This document shows positions 23,987 through 34,316 of a stretch of DNA of 64,000 bases, piece after piece. This DNA is from a bacterium. Lineage in GTDB: Bacteria > UBA8248. The stretch's first letter is position 1. Every line of letters starts with the position of its first letter. The stretch spans positions 192,001 through 256,000 of the forward strand of contig OZ241326.1 of the NCBI GenBank assembly GCA_965199855.1, read 5' to 3'. Both the position numbers and the translations under genes were made by a program. Under the pieces are notes generated by a model. That model was given only the letters and a program-made list of their open reading frames with translations. It was not told the DNA's origin and made no database searches.

Positions 23987-25534
23987 CTACGGAATTCTCA
24001 AGTCCCTGCCCGTCATCTCCGGCGGGGGCGCGATTCCCATTAGCCCCAGCAGGGTGGGCGCCACGTCGCGGAGCGCCCCGCCTGGCCGGAGCGCGCCCCC
24101 GAAGCCGGGCGCGACGAGGACGCAGGGCGTCTCGTTCAGGGTGTGCGCGGTGTGGGGGCAGTCGTTTTCCGCGTCCCACATCGTCTCGCAGTTTCCGTGA
24201 TCCGCCGTGACCACCGCCGCCCCGCCCGCCTTCTCCAGAGCGTCGAGAACGCGCCCGAGGCAGGCGTCCACGAAGCCCACGGCGCGCACGGCGGCGCTCT
24301 CCACGCCGGTGTGCCCCACCATGTCGGGATTGGCGTAGTTGAGGACGATGGCGTCCTCCTCGCCTCCCTCGATGGCGTCGATCGCGACCCGCGTCGCCTC
24401 CTCCGCGCTCATCTCGGGCCTCATGTCGTAGGTCGCCACCTTCGGCGAGGGAACCATGCGCCGCCTCTCGCCCGGAGCGGGCGTCTCCTCGCCGCCGTTG
24501 AAGAAGTAGGTGACGTGCGGATACTTCTCCGTCTCGGCGACTCTCAGGCAGGTTCGCCCCGCCTCCGCCAGCGCGTGGTGGAAGAGGCCCCGCATCCGCA
24601 GGGGGGGGAACGCGACGGGCAGCCCGAAGCGCGCATCATACTCCGTCATGCAGGCGTAGTGAACCCGCGGCCTCTCCGGAAGCTCCAGGCGGTCGAACGC
24701 CTCTTCGGTGAACAGGCGGGTGATCTGCCGCGCCCTGTCCGCGCGGAAGTTCATGCAGATCACGGCGTCGCCGTCCCGAATCAGCCCCGCCGGGCGCCCG
24801 CCCGCCCCCAGCGCGACCGGCTCGATGAACTCGTCCGTCACCCCCCGCGCGTAGGAGGCCTCCACCGCCTCGGCGGCGCTTCGGGCGCGGGCGCCCTCTC
24901 CCGCCGTCATCGCCCGGTAGGCGCGCGCGGTTCTCTCCCAGCGCCCGTCCCTGTCCATGGCGTAGTAGCGGCCCGTGAGGGTGGCGAGCTCCGCCCCCGC
25001 CTCGCGCCGCAGGCTTTTCTCGTAGCGGGAGACGAAGCCCAGCCCCGAGCGCGGCGGCGCGTCCCGACCATCCGTGAAGGCGTGCGCGAAGACGCGCCCG
25101 ATTCCGGCCTCCCTGCCGAGGCGCGCGAGCGCCGCCCCGTGCTCCTGCAAGCTGTGCACCCCTCCGTCCGAGACCAGACCCAGAACGTGCAGCGCCCCGC
25201 CCTGCGTCTTGGCCTTCCGAACGCACTCGACGAACGCGGGGAGAGAGTAGAAGTCGCCGCTCTCGATGGCGCGGTCGATGCGGACGACGTCCTGCTCCAC
25301 CGCCCGGCCCGCGCCGAGGTTCAGGTGGCCCACCTCCGAGTTGCCCATCCGCCCCTCGGGAAGCCCCACGGCGCGGCCGGAGGTCGCGAGGCGGGCGGAG
25401 GGCCTGCCGGCGAGCAGGGCGTCCATGGTCGGGGTGTCGGCGAGCGCGACGGCGTTGTGGGCGCGCTCCTCGGAGAGTCCCCATCCATCCAGGACGATGA
25501 GCATGACGGGACGGGGAACGCTCAAGGGCTTCAC
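23987..25534 (-). CDS. gpmI: 2,3-bisphosphoglycerate-independent phosphoglycerate mutase
   Basis: LIVLDGWG, MGNSEVGH, GRYYAMDRD, NFRADRARQ, NPDMVGHTG, TADHGN. Confidence 0.97.
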   Translation of the reverse strand: MKPLSVPRPVMLIVLDGWGLSEERAHNAVALADTPTMDALLAGRPSARLATSGRAVGLPEGRMGNSEVGHLNLGAGRAVEQDVVRIDRAIESGDFYSLPAFVECVRKAKTQGGALHVLGLVSDGGVHSLQEHGAALARLGREAGIGRVFAHAFTDGRDAPPRSGLGFVSRYEKSLRREAGAELATLTGRYYAMDRDGRWERTARAYRAMTAGEGARARSAAEAVEASYARGVTDEFIEPVALGAGGRPAGLIRDGDAVICMNFRADRARQITRLFTEEAFDRLELPERPRVHYACMTEYDARFGLPVAFPPLRMRGLFHHALAEAGRTCLRVAETEKYPHVTYFFNGGEETPAPGERRRMVPSPKVATYDMRPEMSAEEATRVAIDAIEGGEEDAIVLNYANPDMVGHTGVESAAVRAVGFVDACLGRVLDALEKAGGAAVVTADHGNCETMWDAENDCPHTAHTLNETPCVLVAPGFGGALRPGGALRDVAPTLLGLMGIAPPPEMTGRDLRIP

Positions 25535-25576
25535 GCGGCCTTGTCCGAAGAAGCGGAAAAAGCGGCCCGGCTTCGC

Positions 25577-26512
25577 CTATCCTGAATCATAAACGCGGAC
25601 GAAGCGCCGCTTTTTTCTGTCCCAGAGCCAGAATTCCTCGAACGGGAGTCGGTTGACGGAGAGCGAGTTCTTCCGTTTTCCGCCGCGCGAATCGGAGAAG
25701 CGCGCCTCGAATTTCCGCACCCCCTTCAGGATGAGGGTGGCGGGGTTTCCCGGCCCGTTGAAGCGGAAGCGAACCCTGGCGCGCAGACTCTCGCTCCTCT
25801 GAACGGAGCGGGTCTCCGCGTCGTCGAGATACCGCCTCGGCCAACGCAGCTCCTCGCGCAGGCGCGCGAACCACACCAGGTCGAAGCGGCGCTTCCCGAC
25901 CGGCTTGATCACGCGCACGGCGTCCGCGCCGCGGCCGTTCGAGCCTTCCCGGACGTTGACGATCAGCTCGTGGAGGCCGTCCGCCGTCAGGTCGGCTATC
26001 TGGTAGGTGATCTCGCGCCCGTGGCTCGAATCGCTGTAGGAGGCGAGCGGGGCGCGCCGCCTTCGGTCGTCGTCCATCAGGCAGAAGGTGATGTAGTCCG
26101 TCCCCCCCTCGTCCCGATCCGCCTGGATGACCATCAGGGTTTCGAGGCGCTTGTCCTCATCCATGTTGATGGGGATGAAGTCCACCGAGAAGGCGTAGTT
26201 TCTCATATGCTCGGAGGAGAGATACCAGGGCCATTCGTTTTTCGGCGGCGGGCAGTTCGCCAGCGCCTTGAGCTGCTCGCCGCGCTCCCGGGAGAAGAGC
26301 TTGCGCGCGAGGCGCCAGTCCTCGGGCCTCTCCATGCGCTTGAGGTGGGCGACGAGGCGCGAGACGCGCCTCCTCTCCCGCGCCCCGGGCGAGGCCGCGA
26401 GCGCTTCGAGCGACCAAAGCGAGGCGAGAAGACACGAAGCCAGCGCCATCCCCACGCGGCCTCTCATCGTCCGCTCCTTCAAGGGCGCCGTCACCTTACG
26501 CGGTTCCGACAC
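25577..26512 (-). CDS. Hypothetical exported protein
   Basis: Signal-like segment MALASCLLASLWSLEALAA; DxDxD-like loops (NMDEDKRLE, DLTADGLHE); true start uncertain. Confidence 0.6.
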   Translation of the reverse strand: MSEPRKVTAPLKERTMRGRVGMALASCLLASLWSLEALAASPGARERRRVSRLVAHLKRMERPEDWRLARKLFSRERGEQLKALANCPPPKNEWPWYLSSEHMRNYAFSVDFIPINMDEDKRLETLMVIQADRDEGGTDYITFCLMDDDRRRRAPLASYSDSSHGREITYQIADLTADGLHELIVNVREGSNGRGADAVRVIKPVGKRRFDLVWFARLREELRWPRRYLDDAETRSVQRSESLRARVRFRFNGPGNPATLILKGVRKFEARFSDSRGGKRKNSLSVNRLPFEEFWLWDRKKRRFVRVYDSG

Positions 26513-26650
26513 GGCGCGAAAAAGATCCGCAAGGTCGAAGCCGCGCTCTCATTATGCCCTTCTCCCGCGCTTTTTCAAAGCGCCTCGGGCGGGCGCGGAT
26601 GACGCTCTCTCCGCCGCAGGCGGCGGAACGCGCGACACGGGCTGAAAATA

Positions 26651-27433
26651 CTACGCCGTCCCCCGCTCCTCTTCAACCGGCGAGAAAGGCGGCCCCGCGC
26701 CTCGGTTCCGCGATATCAGGGCCTCCTTCACGCGGCCGACCCCCAGGTGCTCGGCGATGACGTCCTCGCGCGCGAGGAGTTCGGGCCCCGTCCCCTCGAA
26801 GGCGACGAAGCCGCGGCTCAGCACGTAGAAGTAATCCCCCACCTCCAGGGCGAGGGAGAGGTTCTGCTCCACGAGAAGGACGGAGAGGCCCCGCGCGCGC
26901 GTCTTGAGGATTCCCTCCCGGATGGAGCGAACGAGGCCGGGGGCGAGACCCTCGGTCGGCTCATCCAGCAGAATCAGCTCCGGCCGCGCCACGAGGGCGC
27001 GCGCGATTACGAGCATCTGCTGCTCGCCCCCGCTCAGGCTTCCCGCCAGCTGCCGGGCGCGCTCCGCAAGGACGGGGAAGAACGCCAGCGCCTCCCGAAC
27101 GGCGCCCGCCGCCGGGCGCGCGCTCGCCTGGGCGGCGACCCGGACGTTCTCCTCCACGCTCAGCGAGGCGAAGGGGCGGCGATCCTCCGGCACGTAGGCG
27201 ATGCCCATGCGCGCGATCCGATGGGCCGCCAGGGCGTCTATCCGCTTCTCCCGAAAGAGAATTTCCCCGGAGGTGGCGGGCGCCAGCCCCATGATGGCCT
27301 TGAGCGTGGTGCTCTTTCCCGCGCCGTTGCGCCCGATGAGGCAGACGATGCGGCCGGGGGGCGCCTCCAGGCTTACGCCATGCAGAACGTGGGCGGTGCC
27401 GTAATGGACGTGAAGCGAGGAGACGCGGAGCAT
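26651..27433 (-). CDS. livF: Branched-chain amino acid-type ABC transporter ATPase (LivF-like)
   Basis: GRNGAGKST, LSGGEQQM, LLDEPTEGLAP. Confidence 0.9.
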   Translation of the reverse strand: MLRVSSLHVHYGTAHVLHGVSLEAPPGRIVCLIGRNGAGKSTTLKAIMGLAPATSGEILFREKRIDALAAHRIARMGIAYVPEDRRPFASLSVEENVRVAAQASARPAAGAVREALAFFPVLAERARQLAGSLSGGEQQMLVIARALVARPELILLDEPTEGLAPGLVRSIREGILKTRARGLSVLLVEQNLSLALEVGDYFYVLSRGFVAFEGTGPELLAREDVIAEHLGVGRVKEALISRNRGAGPPFSPVEEERGTA

Positions 27434-28191
27434 CAGTCCCCCCCCGCCTCGACGGCTCCGAGGTAGGCGTCGCGCACCTGCGGATCGGCGCTGATGCGCT
27501 CCGGCGGCCCCTGGGCGATCACTCGCCCCTGCGTCATCACGGTGATTCTGTCCGAAATCGAGAGAACCACCTCCGTGTCGTGCTCCACCAGGAGGACGCT
27601 CCGCCGATCCGCGATGCGCCGCACCAGACGGGCGATGCGCTCGGTCTCCGCGCGGGACATGCCCGCCGTCGGCTCATCGAGCAGAAGCACTTCCGGGTCG
27701 AGCGCCAGCCCGATGGCCACCTCGAGCACCCGCTTGTCGCCGTGCCCCAGCTCCTCGGGGCGCAGATGGGCCTTCTCCAGCAGCCCGGCCTCGCGCAGCG
27801 CCTCCTCCGCGTCCCCGCGCGCCCGCCGGCACGCGCTCGCCCTCCGGAAGAAGTCGAAGTTCCGCCCCTCGCGGGAGCGCGCCGCGAGCTCGACGTTCTC
27901 CCGCGCGCTCAGCTCGCCGAACACCTGGGTAATCTGGAACGTGCGGACGATGCCGGCCCTCACCAGCCTGTGGGGGGGCAGGCGGGTGACGTCGCGCCCA
28001 TCGAGGAGGACGCTTCCCGCGTCGGGCCGCAGGAAGCCCGTGATGCAGTTGAACAGCGTCGTCTTGCCGGCGCCGTTGGGGCCGATGAGCGCGTGCGCCT
28101 CGCCCGCCTCGACGCTCAGACCCACGTCGTCCACGGCGCGCAGGGCGCCGAAGGATTTGCGAAGCCCCCGGACTACGAGCGCGCCGGCCAA
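27433..28191 (-). CDS. livG: ABC transporter ATPase (LivG-like)
   Basis: GPNGAGKTT, RTFQ, LLLDEPTAGM, VRDAYLG; start TTG at 28191 inferred. Confidence 0.88.
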   Translation of the reverse strand: MAGALVVRGLRKSFGALRAVDDVGLSVEAGEAHALIGPNGAGKTTLFNCITGFLRPDAGSVLLDGRDVTRLPPHRLVRAGIVRTFQITQVFGELSARENVELAARSREGRNFDFFRRASACRRARGDAEEALREAGLLEKAHLRPEELGHGDKRVLEVAIGLALDPEVLLLDEPTAGMSRAETERIARLVRRIADRRSVLLVEHDTEVVLSISDRITVMTQGRVIAQGPPERISADPQVRDAYLGAVEAGGD

Positions 28192-29177
28192 AGCCGCCTC
28201 CAGATTCTCTCGGCGACGCCCGCGATGCCCGACGGCATGAAGAGGACGGCGAGCACGAAGGCCAGCCCGAAGGAGAACTGCCACGCCCGGTACATGGTCG
28301 TCACCTCATCGCGTATGAACACGAAGCCTATCGCCCCGACGACGGGGCCGAACAGCGTGCCGATGCCGCCGAGAATCGTGATGGCCAGGATGTTGCCCGA
28401 CTCGATCCAGTAAAGCGACATCGGGTTCGCGCCGGCCTTGAGGAAGACGAACAGCGTCCCCGCGACGCCGCCCACCATCCAGGAGAGGACGAGAATCGCC
28501 AGCTTGTGCCGCGCCACGTCGATGCCGATGGCGGAGGCCCTCTCCTCGTTCGCGCGAATCGCCAGGAGGGTTTTGCCGAACGGAGACGCCACGAGTCTGC
28601 CCAGAAGAAGATAGCAGAGAATGAGCGCGGCGGCGGTGAGGAGGTAGAACTCCTCCCCGGGTTCGACGGCGCGGCCGAGGAGCGTGGGCAGCGGAACGCC
28701 GATGAGGCCGTCCAGCCCGCCGGTGACCGAGCGCCACACGACGGATATCTGAAACAGCACCTGGCAGACGCAGAGCGTGAGAATCGCGAACGCGATGCCG
28801 GAGAGCCGGGTCACGACGAGGCCGGTGAGGAGCGCCACGACGGCCGGGGCGAGGACGCCCGCCGCGAGCGAGAGGAGGAAGTCCGCGGAGACGCTCTGGG
28901 CGAAGATTCCCGCCGCGTAGGCGGCGAGGCCGAAGCTCGCGGCGTGCCCGAACGAGACGAGGCCCGCGTAGCCCACCAGCAGGTCCAGACTCATCGCCCA
29001 GATGCCGAAGATCAGCGCCTCGGTCAGCAGGGTGATGAAGAACGGCTCGACGTCCAGAAGGGGAATCGCCAGGGCGAAGAGCGCGGAGGCGGCGAGCAGA
29101 AGCCGCGCCGCGATCTCCCGGGAGCGGGCGCCCGGGGCGCCCCCCGCCCGGCGCGCCGGCTCAGGCGATTCGGCCAC
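28173..29177 (-). CDS. livM: ABC transporter permease (LivM-like)
   Basis: GYAGLVSFGHA, SPFGKTLLAIRANE, ILGGIGTLFGP. Confidence 0.9.
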   Translation of the reverse strand: MAESPEPARRAGGAPGARSREIAARLLLAASALFALAIPLLDVEPFFITLLTEALIFGIWAMSLDLLVGYAGLVSFGHAASFGLAAYAAGIFAQSVSADFLLSLAAGVLAPAVVALLTGLVVTRLSGIAFAILTLCVCQVLFQISVVWRSVTGGLDGLIGVPLPTLLGRAVEPGEEFYLLTAAALILCYLLLGRLVASPFGKTLLAIRANEERASAIGIDVARHKLAILVLSWMVGGVAGTLFVFLKAGANPMSLYWIESGNILAITILGGIGTLFGPVVGAIGFVFIRDEVTTMYRAWQFSFGLAFVLAVLFMPSGIAGVAERIWRRLWPARS

Positions 29178-30027
29178 GGCCGAACACCCCTCTGGGCCGC
29201 AGAACGATGATGGCGGCCACGACCAGGAACAGCGCCGCGATGGCCCATTCCGCGATGTAGCCCCCGCCGATGGACTTCGCCAGCGCCACGATGAACGCCC
29301 CGACGGCGGTTCCCGGGAGGTGTCCGAGTCCGCCCAGAATCACCGCCAGGAACGAGTCGATGATGACGCCCATGCCCATCTCCGGCTCGACGGAGAAAAT
29401 GGGCGCGCCGAGCGCGCCGGCGAACGCGGCGAACCCCGCCGCGCCCCCGAAGATGCTCGTGAGCAGCCAGCGCGTGTTGATGCCGAGGGCCTCCGCCATC
29501 TCGCTGTCGTCCGTGATGGCGCGTATCTTCAGCCCGACCGGCGTGCGCTGGATGAACGCGAAGACGAGGCCCGTCACCAGAAGCGAGACCCCCGCCGCGA
29601 AGAGCCTGTAGACGGGAAACTGGTTGCCGGCGATCTCCACCGTCCCGCGGAGGAGGGCGGGCGGCTTGATGAGCGTGGTCTCGGTGCCCCAGAGATACTC
29701 GATGGCGCCCGTGATCATGAAGGAGAGGCCGAAGGTCACGAGCAGGGTGTAGATTTCGTCGCGGCCCCGGATGGGGGCGATCGTCATCCGCTCCATGGCC
29801 ACGGCCAGGGGGACGACCAGCAGCGGCGCGAACGCCATCGCTCCCCACCCCATCGCCGGCATGAGGAGGATGAAGAAATACCCCCCCAGGGCGTAGAACA
29901 CGCCGTGCGCGAAGTTGACCACGCGGCCCAGGCCGAACACGAGGCTCAGCCCCAGGCTCGTCAGCGCCAGGAACGAGCCGTAGATGATCCCGTTCAGCGA
30001 ATTGACGAACAGGAAGTTCCAGTCCAT
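29161..30027 (-). CDS. livH: ABC transporter permease (LivH-like)
   Basis: GLSLVFGLGRVVNFAHG, GLKIRA, VILGGLG. Confidence 0.9.
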   Translation of the reverse strand: MDWNFLFVNSLNGIIYGSFLALTSLGLSLVFGLGRVVNFAHGVFYALGGYFFILLMPAMGWGAMAFAPLLVVPLAVAMERMTIAPIRGRDEIYTLLVTFGLSFMITGAIEYLWGTETTLIKPPALLRGTVEIAGNQFPVYRLFAAGVSLLVTGLVFAFIQRTPVGLKIRAITDDSEMAEALGINTRWLLTSIFGGAAGFAAFAGALGAPIFSVEPEMGMGVIIDSFLAVILGGLGHLPGTAVGAFIVALAKSIGGGYIAEWAIAALFLVVAAIIVLRPRGVFGRGRIA

Positions 30028-30036
30028 CGCGGCCGG

Positions 30037-31287
30037 CTATTTCTTCAGATTGCAGCCGAGCTGCTTCGCCGGCAGAAGCGTCTCATACGACGAGAGAATC
30101 TCGACCGACTGCGCATACGTCGCGCCGTATCTGGGCTTCTCGAGCTTCTCGATGCCGCCGAGAATGAGCGGCACCTCGGCCATGCGCCCGTTCGGCTGGA
30201 AGTGCATCCTTCCCGCCGGGGCGATCATGTCGATCTTCTCAAGCGCCGCGATGACGGCCCTGCCCTCGGTCGAGCCCGCCTGCTCGATGGCGCTGAACAG
30301 AAGCAGGGCCGCCGTGCCCGCCTGGATGGCCTGCATCCCGGCCACGCGGCCGTGCATCTTGTGGTAGAGCTCGTTGAACCTGCGCGTCATCGGCACCCGC
30401 TCCTCGAGCCGCCACGCGCCCCAGGCGCCCGCCGAGACGATGTGGGTGGACAGGTCCCCCAGCTTGGCGATGAGCCAGTCCGGAAGCCCGATGGGCGCCA
30501 CCAGCACCGCCTGCTTCGTGAGGCCGAACTCGTGCGCCTGCTGGATGAACTGCACGAGCGGCGTCCCCAGCGTGACGGGGATGACCACCGCCGTCGCCCC
30601 CGCCGAGCGAACCTTGGCGATGAACGGCGCCCAGTCCGTGGTGTCGAGCGGGGCGAAGGTCTCCCCGACGTATTTCACCCCCTTGACGATCTTCACCGAG
30701 CGCGCGACCCGGCGGCTCCAGGGGTAGTCGTGGCCCAGGGTGAACCACTTGGCCGCGCGCAGCTTCGGGTTCCGCGTGATGAGGTGCCGCATGGCCGCCA
30801 CGGCCATCTGGGGGGTCGGGTTCGTCTGGAACACCCAGTAGCTGCACTTCTTCCCCGTGATGACGGCGGAGCCGCTGTTCGAGGTGATAATCGGCACGCG
30901 AAGGCGATCCGCCACGGGCAGGAGCGCCAGGGCCTCGAGGGTGCTGGTTCCCAGAATGGCCGCGACGCGATTCCGCTGCACGAGCTTCGTCGCCTTGGTG
31001 ACCGCCACCTGCGCGTTGACCAGGCTGTCCTCGAGGATGAGCTCGACGGGGCGGCCCATGACGGAGCCGTGCATCTTCACGGCCGTCTGAATGCCGGTCG
31101 TGATCTCGTCGCCGATGGGCTTGAGCTTTCCGCTGAGAAACGTCAGGACTCCGATTTTGAGGGGCTTCTTCTGGGCGGCGAAGGCGGAGGAGCCGAAGAC
31201 GGCGGCGAGCGCGAACGGCAAGGCCGCAAGCAGCGCCGCCGGACGGGAAAAGCAGAACCATCGCTTTTTGGCGTCCATCGTTCTCAT
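30037..31287 (-). CDS. ABC transporter substrate-binding protein (LivJ/K family)
   Basis: Signal peptide, KIGVLTFLSG, GRPVELILED, APLDTTDW; first gene of the liv cluster. Confidence 0.88.
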   Translation of the reverse strand: MRTMDAKKRWFCFSRPAALLAALPFALAAVFGSSAFAAQKKPLKIGVLTFLSGKLKPIGDEITTGIQTAVKMHGSVMGRPVELILEDSLVNAQVAVTKATKLVQRNRVAAILGTSTLEALALLPVADRLRVPIITSNSGSAVITGKKCSYWVFQTNPTPQMAVAAMRHLITRNPKLRAAKWFTLGHDYPWSRRVARSVKIVKGVKYVGETFAPLDTTDWAPFIAKVRSAGATAVVIPVTLGTPLVQFIQQAHEFGLTKQAVLVAPIGLPDWLIAKLGDLSTHIVSAGAWGAWRLEERVPMTRRFNELYHKMHGRVAGMQAIQAGTAALLLFSAIEQAGSTEGRAVIAALEKIDMIAPAGRMHFQPNGRMAEVPLILGGIEKLEKPRYGATYAQSVEILSSYETLLPAKQLGCNLKK

Positions 31288-31451
31288 GATCTCATCCTCC
31301 CTGGTTCCGGTTCCGTGAACGCAGGCGCGGACTTGACTTAAAGGCGCATCCCTCCCCCTGTCCGCGCGAACGGAGAAAAAAGCTCGAGCCTTCCGGCGAA
31401 GCAGCTCCGGCGCGGCCCGCGCAGGCGACCTGGAAAGGATTTCATGGCTTC

Positions 31452-31479
31452 AATATACAAGAAGATTCCCTTGTGTCAA
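31452..31479 (-). promoter_or_regulatory. sigma70-type promoter for the liv cluster
   Basis: TTGACA (31479-31474)-N16-TATATT (31457-31452). Confidence 0.55.
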
Positions 31480-31719
31480 CAAACGAAAAAGCGGGGGCGG
31501 GGGCGTCCGGCGGGCAAGGCGGAAAAGAGAGACGGCGCGTCCCCACCGGCGTCGTGGCGAACGACCCGGCGCTTCGGTATATGATCGCCCGGGCGGGAAC
31601 GCGCGCGGGACGGGCGGCGGGCGCGGCCCGCCGCGCCCTTCAGGCCGCGGGCGAATGAGGCGGAAGGCGAAGCCGCCCGAAACGGGGCGGGGAGGAGAGT
31701 TCTTCGAGAGGGGAGTTCG

Positions 31720-32571
31720 GTGCTGCCTCCAGGGTTCATCCTGCTCGCGCTGTGCGCGTCGCTCCTGATCGGCGTGGCGGACTACATCTACGGCCGCGCG
31801 GTCAGAAGCCGCGTCTCTCCGGGGACGATCACGGTCTCGCAGGCGAGCTTCGTCGTTCCCGCCACCTGGATCTGGGCGCAAGGCGAGGGCGCCTACGCAT
31901 GGACGCCTCCCGCCTTCTGGGGAATCGCCGCCGCCTTTTTCACCTTCACCGGCTTCTGGAGCTTCATGAAGAGCGTGGAGCTGGGAGAGGCGAGCGTCAG
32001 CACCCCCATCTACCGCATGAGCTTCGTCGTCACCGCGCTTCTGGCCGTCTGGCTTCTGGGAGAGAGCGTCACGATTCCGAAAATCCTGGGCTTCCTGCTC
32101 ACCGGCTGCGCCATCTTCGCGTTCTCGGATTACCGCCCCGGCGGCCTCCCGGCCGGGAAGCTCGCCTCCCTCCTCTGGGCCGCGGCGGCGATGATATCCG
32201 TCGGTCTCGTGAACGTCATCTACAAGCTCGGCGTCTCGGGGGGCGTGGCACCGGTCATGTTCCTCCACAGCCAGTCGGTCTTCTTCATCGCCATCTCGCT
32301 CCTCTACTCGTTCGCGGCGCAGGGCGGCCCCCGGTTCTCGAAAAAAGGCTGGGCGCACGCGATGGGCACCGCCGTCTGCTTCACGTTCGGGAACGTCTCG
32401 CTGCTGGCCGCGCTGCGGGACGGGGAGGCCACCATCGTCACGCCGATCGCGCAGCTGAGCTTCATCGTCACCGCGTCCCTGGCCGTCTGGCGCCTGTCGG
32501 AAAGGATGACGCCGCGGAAGTTCCTGGGGCTGGGCGCCACGGCGGGCGCCATCATCGCCTTCACGCCCTGA
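31720..32571 (+). CDS. EamA/DMT family transporter
   Basis: About 10 hydrophobic helices in two repeats (LLGESVT, LSERMT). Confidence 0.85.
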   Translation: MLPPGFILLALCASLLIGVADYIYGRAVRSRVSPGTITVSQASFVVPATWIWAQGEGAYAWTPPAFWGIAAAFFTFTGFWSFMKSVELGEASVSTPIYRMSFVVTALLAVWLLGESVTIPKILGFLLTGCAIFAFSDYRPGGLPAGKLASLLWAAAAMISVGLVNVIYKLGVSGGVAPVMFLHSQSVFFIAISLLYSFAAQGGPRFSKKGWAHAMGTAVCFTFGNVSLLAALRDGEATIVTPIAQLSFIVTASLAVWRLSERMTPRKFLGLGATAGAIIAFTP

Positions 32572-32630
32572 GCGGACGCCCCCGCGCCGGGGTGAGCGGC
32601 GCGCGCGAGGCGGGAGGCGCGCTCCTCGGC

Positions 32631-34202
32631 CTAGGGAGAGGCGGGGGAGACGGGCGGCCGCGCCACAGCAGCGCCCCGCTTCATCCGCCGCGCCCGAAGC
32701 GCCTCCCGGCGCAGCGCCTCCACGTCCGCGCTCACGGCGTCCTTCAGGACGGCCACCGCGAGCGCCAGAGCGGCGTCCCCGCCCCTCGCGTCTCCCTCCC
32801 GCGTCCGCCCGTAGAGCGACTTGCTCAGCGACTCGCCGCGCCTGCGCGCCTCCTCGCGGGAAAGCGGCGCGCCGGGCCCGGCCTCGACGTCGGGCCGGAT
32901 GCCCTTCTCGTGAATCAGGCGGCCGAGAGGGGTGTAATACTTCGCCGTCGTCAGGCGGATCGCCGCCGCGCCGCTCGTGGGGATGATGGCCTGCACCGAA
33001 CCCTTGCCGAAGCTGGTTCTGCCGATGATCAGGGCGCGATCGGCGTCCTGCAGGGCGCCGGCCACGATTTCGGAGGCGCTCGCGCTGCCCTTGTTGATCA
33101 GCACCACCAGGGGCTTGTCGAGCCAGACGCCGTCCCGGCGGGACCTGAAATGCGCCGTTTCGCCGCGCTTGCGCCCCCGGGTGAAGACGACCATGCTCCC
33201 CTCCGGCAGAAACCTCTCCGAGACCTCGACGGAGGTTTCGAGAAAGCCGCCCGGGTTGTCGCGCAGATCCAGCACGATTCCCCGCGCCTTCCGGCGAATC
33301 AACTCGCTCAGGCCCTTGTCCAGCTCCCGCGTCGTGCGGGCGTGGAACGCCGCGATTCTCAGGTAGCCCACCCCGCCCTCCTTCACGTCCGTCCTCACGC
33401 TGCGAATGCGGATGATCGCGCGGCGCAGGATGATCTTCCTGGGCTTCTCCCAGCCCGCGCGCGATATGAGCAGCTCCACCGGCGCGCCCGCCGGCCCCCG
33501 CATGAGGCGCACGACCTTCGTGAGCGGCATGTCGGCCGTCGGCGCGCCGTCGATCTCCAGAATCACGTCCTCGGACTTGAGGCCGGCGCGAAAGGCGGGC
33601 GTGTCCTCAATCGGGGAGATGACGGTGAGCCTCTCGCTCCTTCGGGTGATGATGACCCCCACCCCCCCGTAGCGGCCCGCGTGCTCCACCCGCATCTGCC
33701 TGTAGGACTCGGGCGAGACGAACGCGCTGAAAGGGTCGAGCGAGGCCAGCATGGCGGAGAGGGCGGCGTACATGACGCGCAGCCCGCCCTTTTTCTCCTT
33801 CTCGGCCGCGGCGTTCTCCATCACGAACCGGTAGGCGCGCTCGAAGGCGCCCAGCCCGCCCTCGGCGTCTCCCGACAGGCGAACCCGCAGCTTCTTCTCC
33901 CGCGCGCTGAGGAGCACCTCGTCGCCCGCCTTCTCGGCGAAGTCGAACCGCTCTCCGCCCGCCTCCTTCTTCAGCCCCGCGAGGCCCGCGAGATACATCT
34001 TTCTGAAATCGGGCGTGCGCGCGTAATTGCCGTCCACGAGCCGCACGGTCTCGTGCAGGAGAGCGATGGCCTCTTCCCGCTCCCCCGGGAGCGGGAAGGC
34101 GAGGCTCGCGGAGAGCGCCGTCCCCAGGAGAAGGAGGCCGGCGGCGAGGCGGGCGCGGCGAAGGCCCGCCCGCGAAGAGCGGAAAAAGCGAATGCGCGGC
34201 AT
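32631..34202 (-). CDS. ctpA: S41 family carboxyl-terminal processing protease
   Basis: LDPFS, PDZ domain, LDLRDNPGG, SASASEI, SFGKGSVQ; start uncertain (34202 or 34235). Confidence 0.9.
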   Translation of the reverse strand: MPRIRFFRSSRAGLRRARLAAGLLLLGTALSASLAFPLPGEREEAIALLHETVRLVDGNYARTPDFRKMYLAGLAGLKKEAGGERFDFAEKAGDEVLLSAREKKLRVRLSGDAEGGLGAFERAYRFVMENAAAEKEKKGGLRVMYAALSAMLASLDPFSAFVSPESYRQMRVEHAGRYGGVGVIITRRSERLTVISPIEDTPAFRAGLKSEDVILEIDGAPTADMPLTKVVRLMRGPAGAPVELLISRAGWEKPRKIILRRAIIRIRSVRTDVKEGGVGYLRIAAFHARTTRELDKGLSELIRRKARGIVLDLRDNPGGFLETSVEVSERFLPEGSMVVFTRGRKRGETAHFRSRRDGVWLDKPLVVLINKGSASASEIVAGALQDADRALIIGRTSFGKGSVQAIIPTSGAAAIRLTTAKYYTPLGRLIHEKGIRPDVEAGPGAPLSREEARRRGESLSKSLYGRTREGDARGGDAALALAVAVLKDAVSADVEALRREALRARRMKRGAAVARPPVSPASP

Positions 34203-34316
34203 CGACACGGGCGCTTCCAGTCGTTTAGGGTCCATGGGACGCCTTGGCGGCCAAGGCATCATAGCACGGCCGGCGGGCGCGTCCGCCCCCCGGTTTCAGC
34301 GAGAGGAATCAGGGAG

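Noticed and set aside
31290-31450. Possible riboswitch in the liv leader
   Set aside because: There are GC-rich hairpins and a T-run, but no recognisable aptamer consensus; an Rfam scan would be needed.
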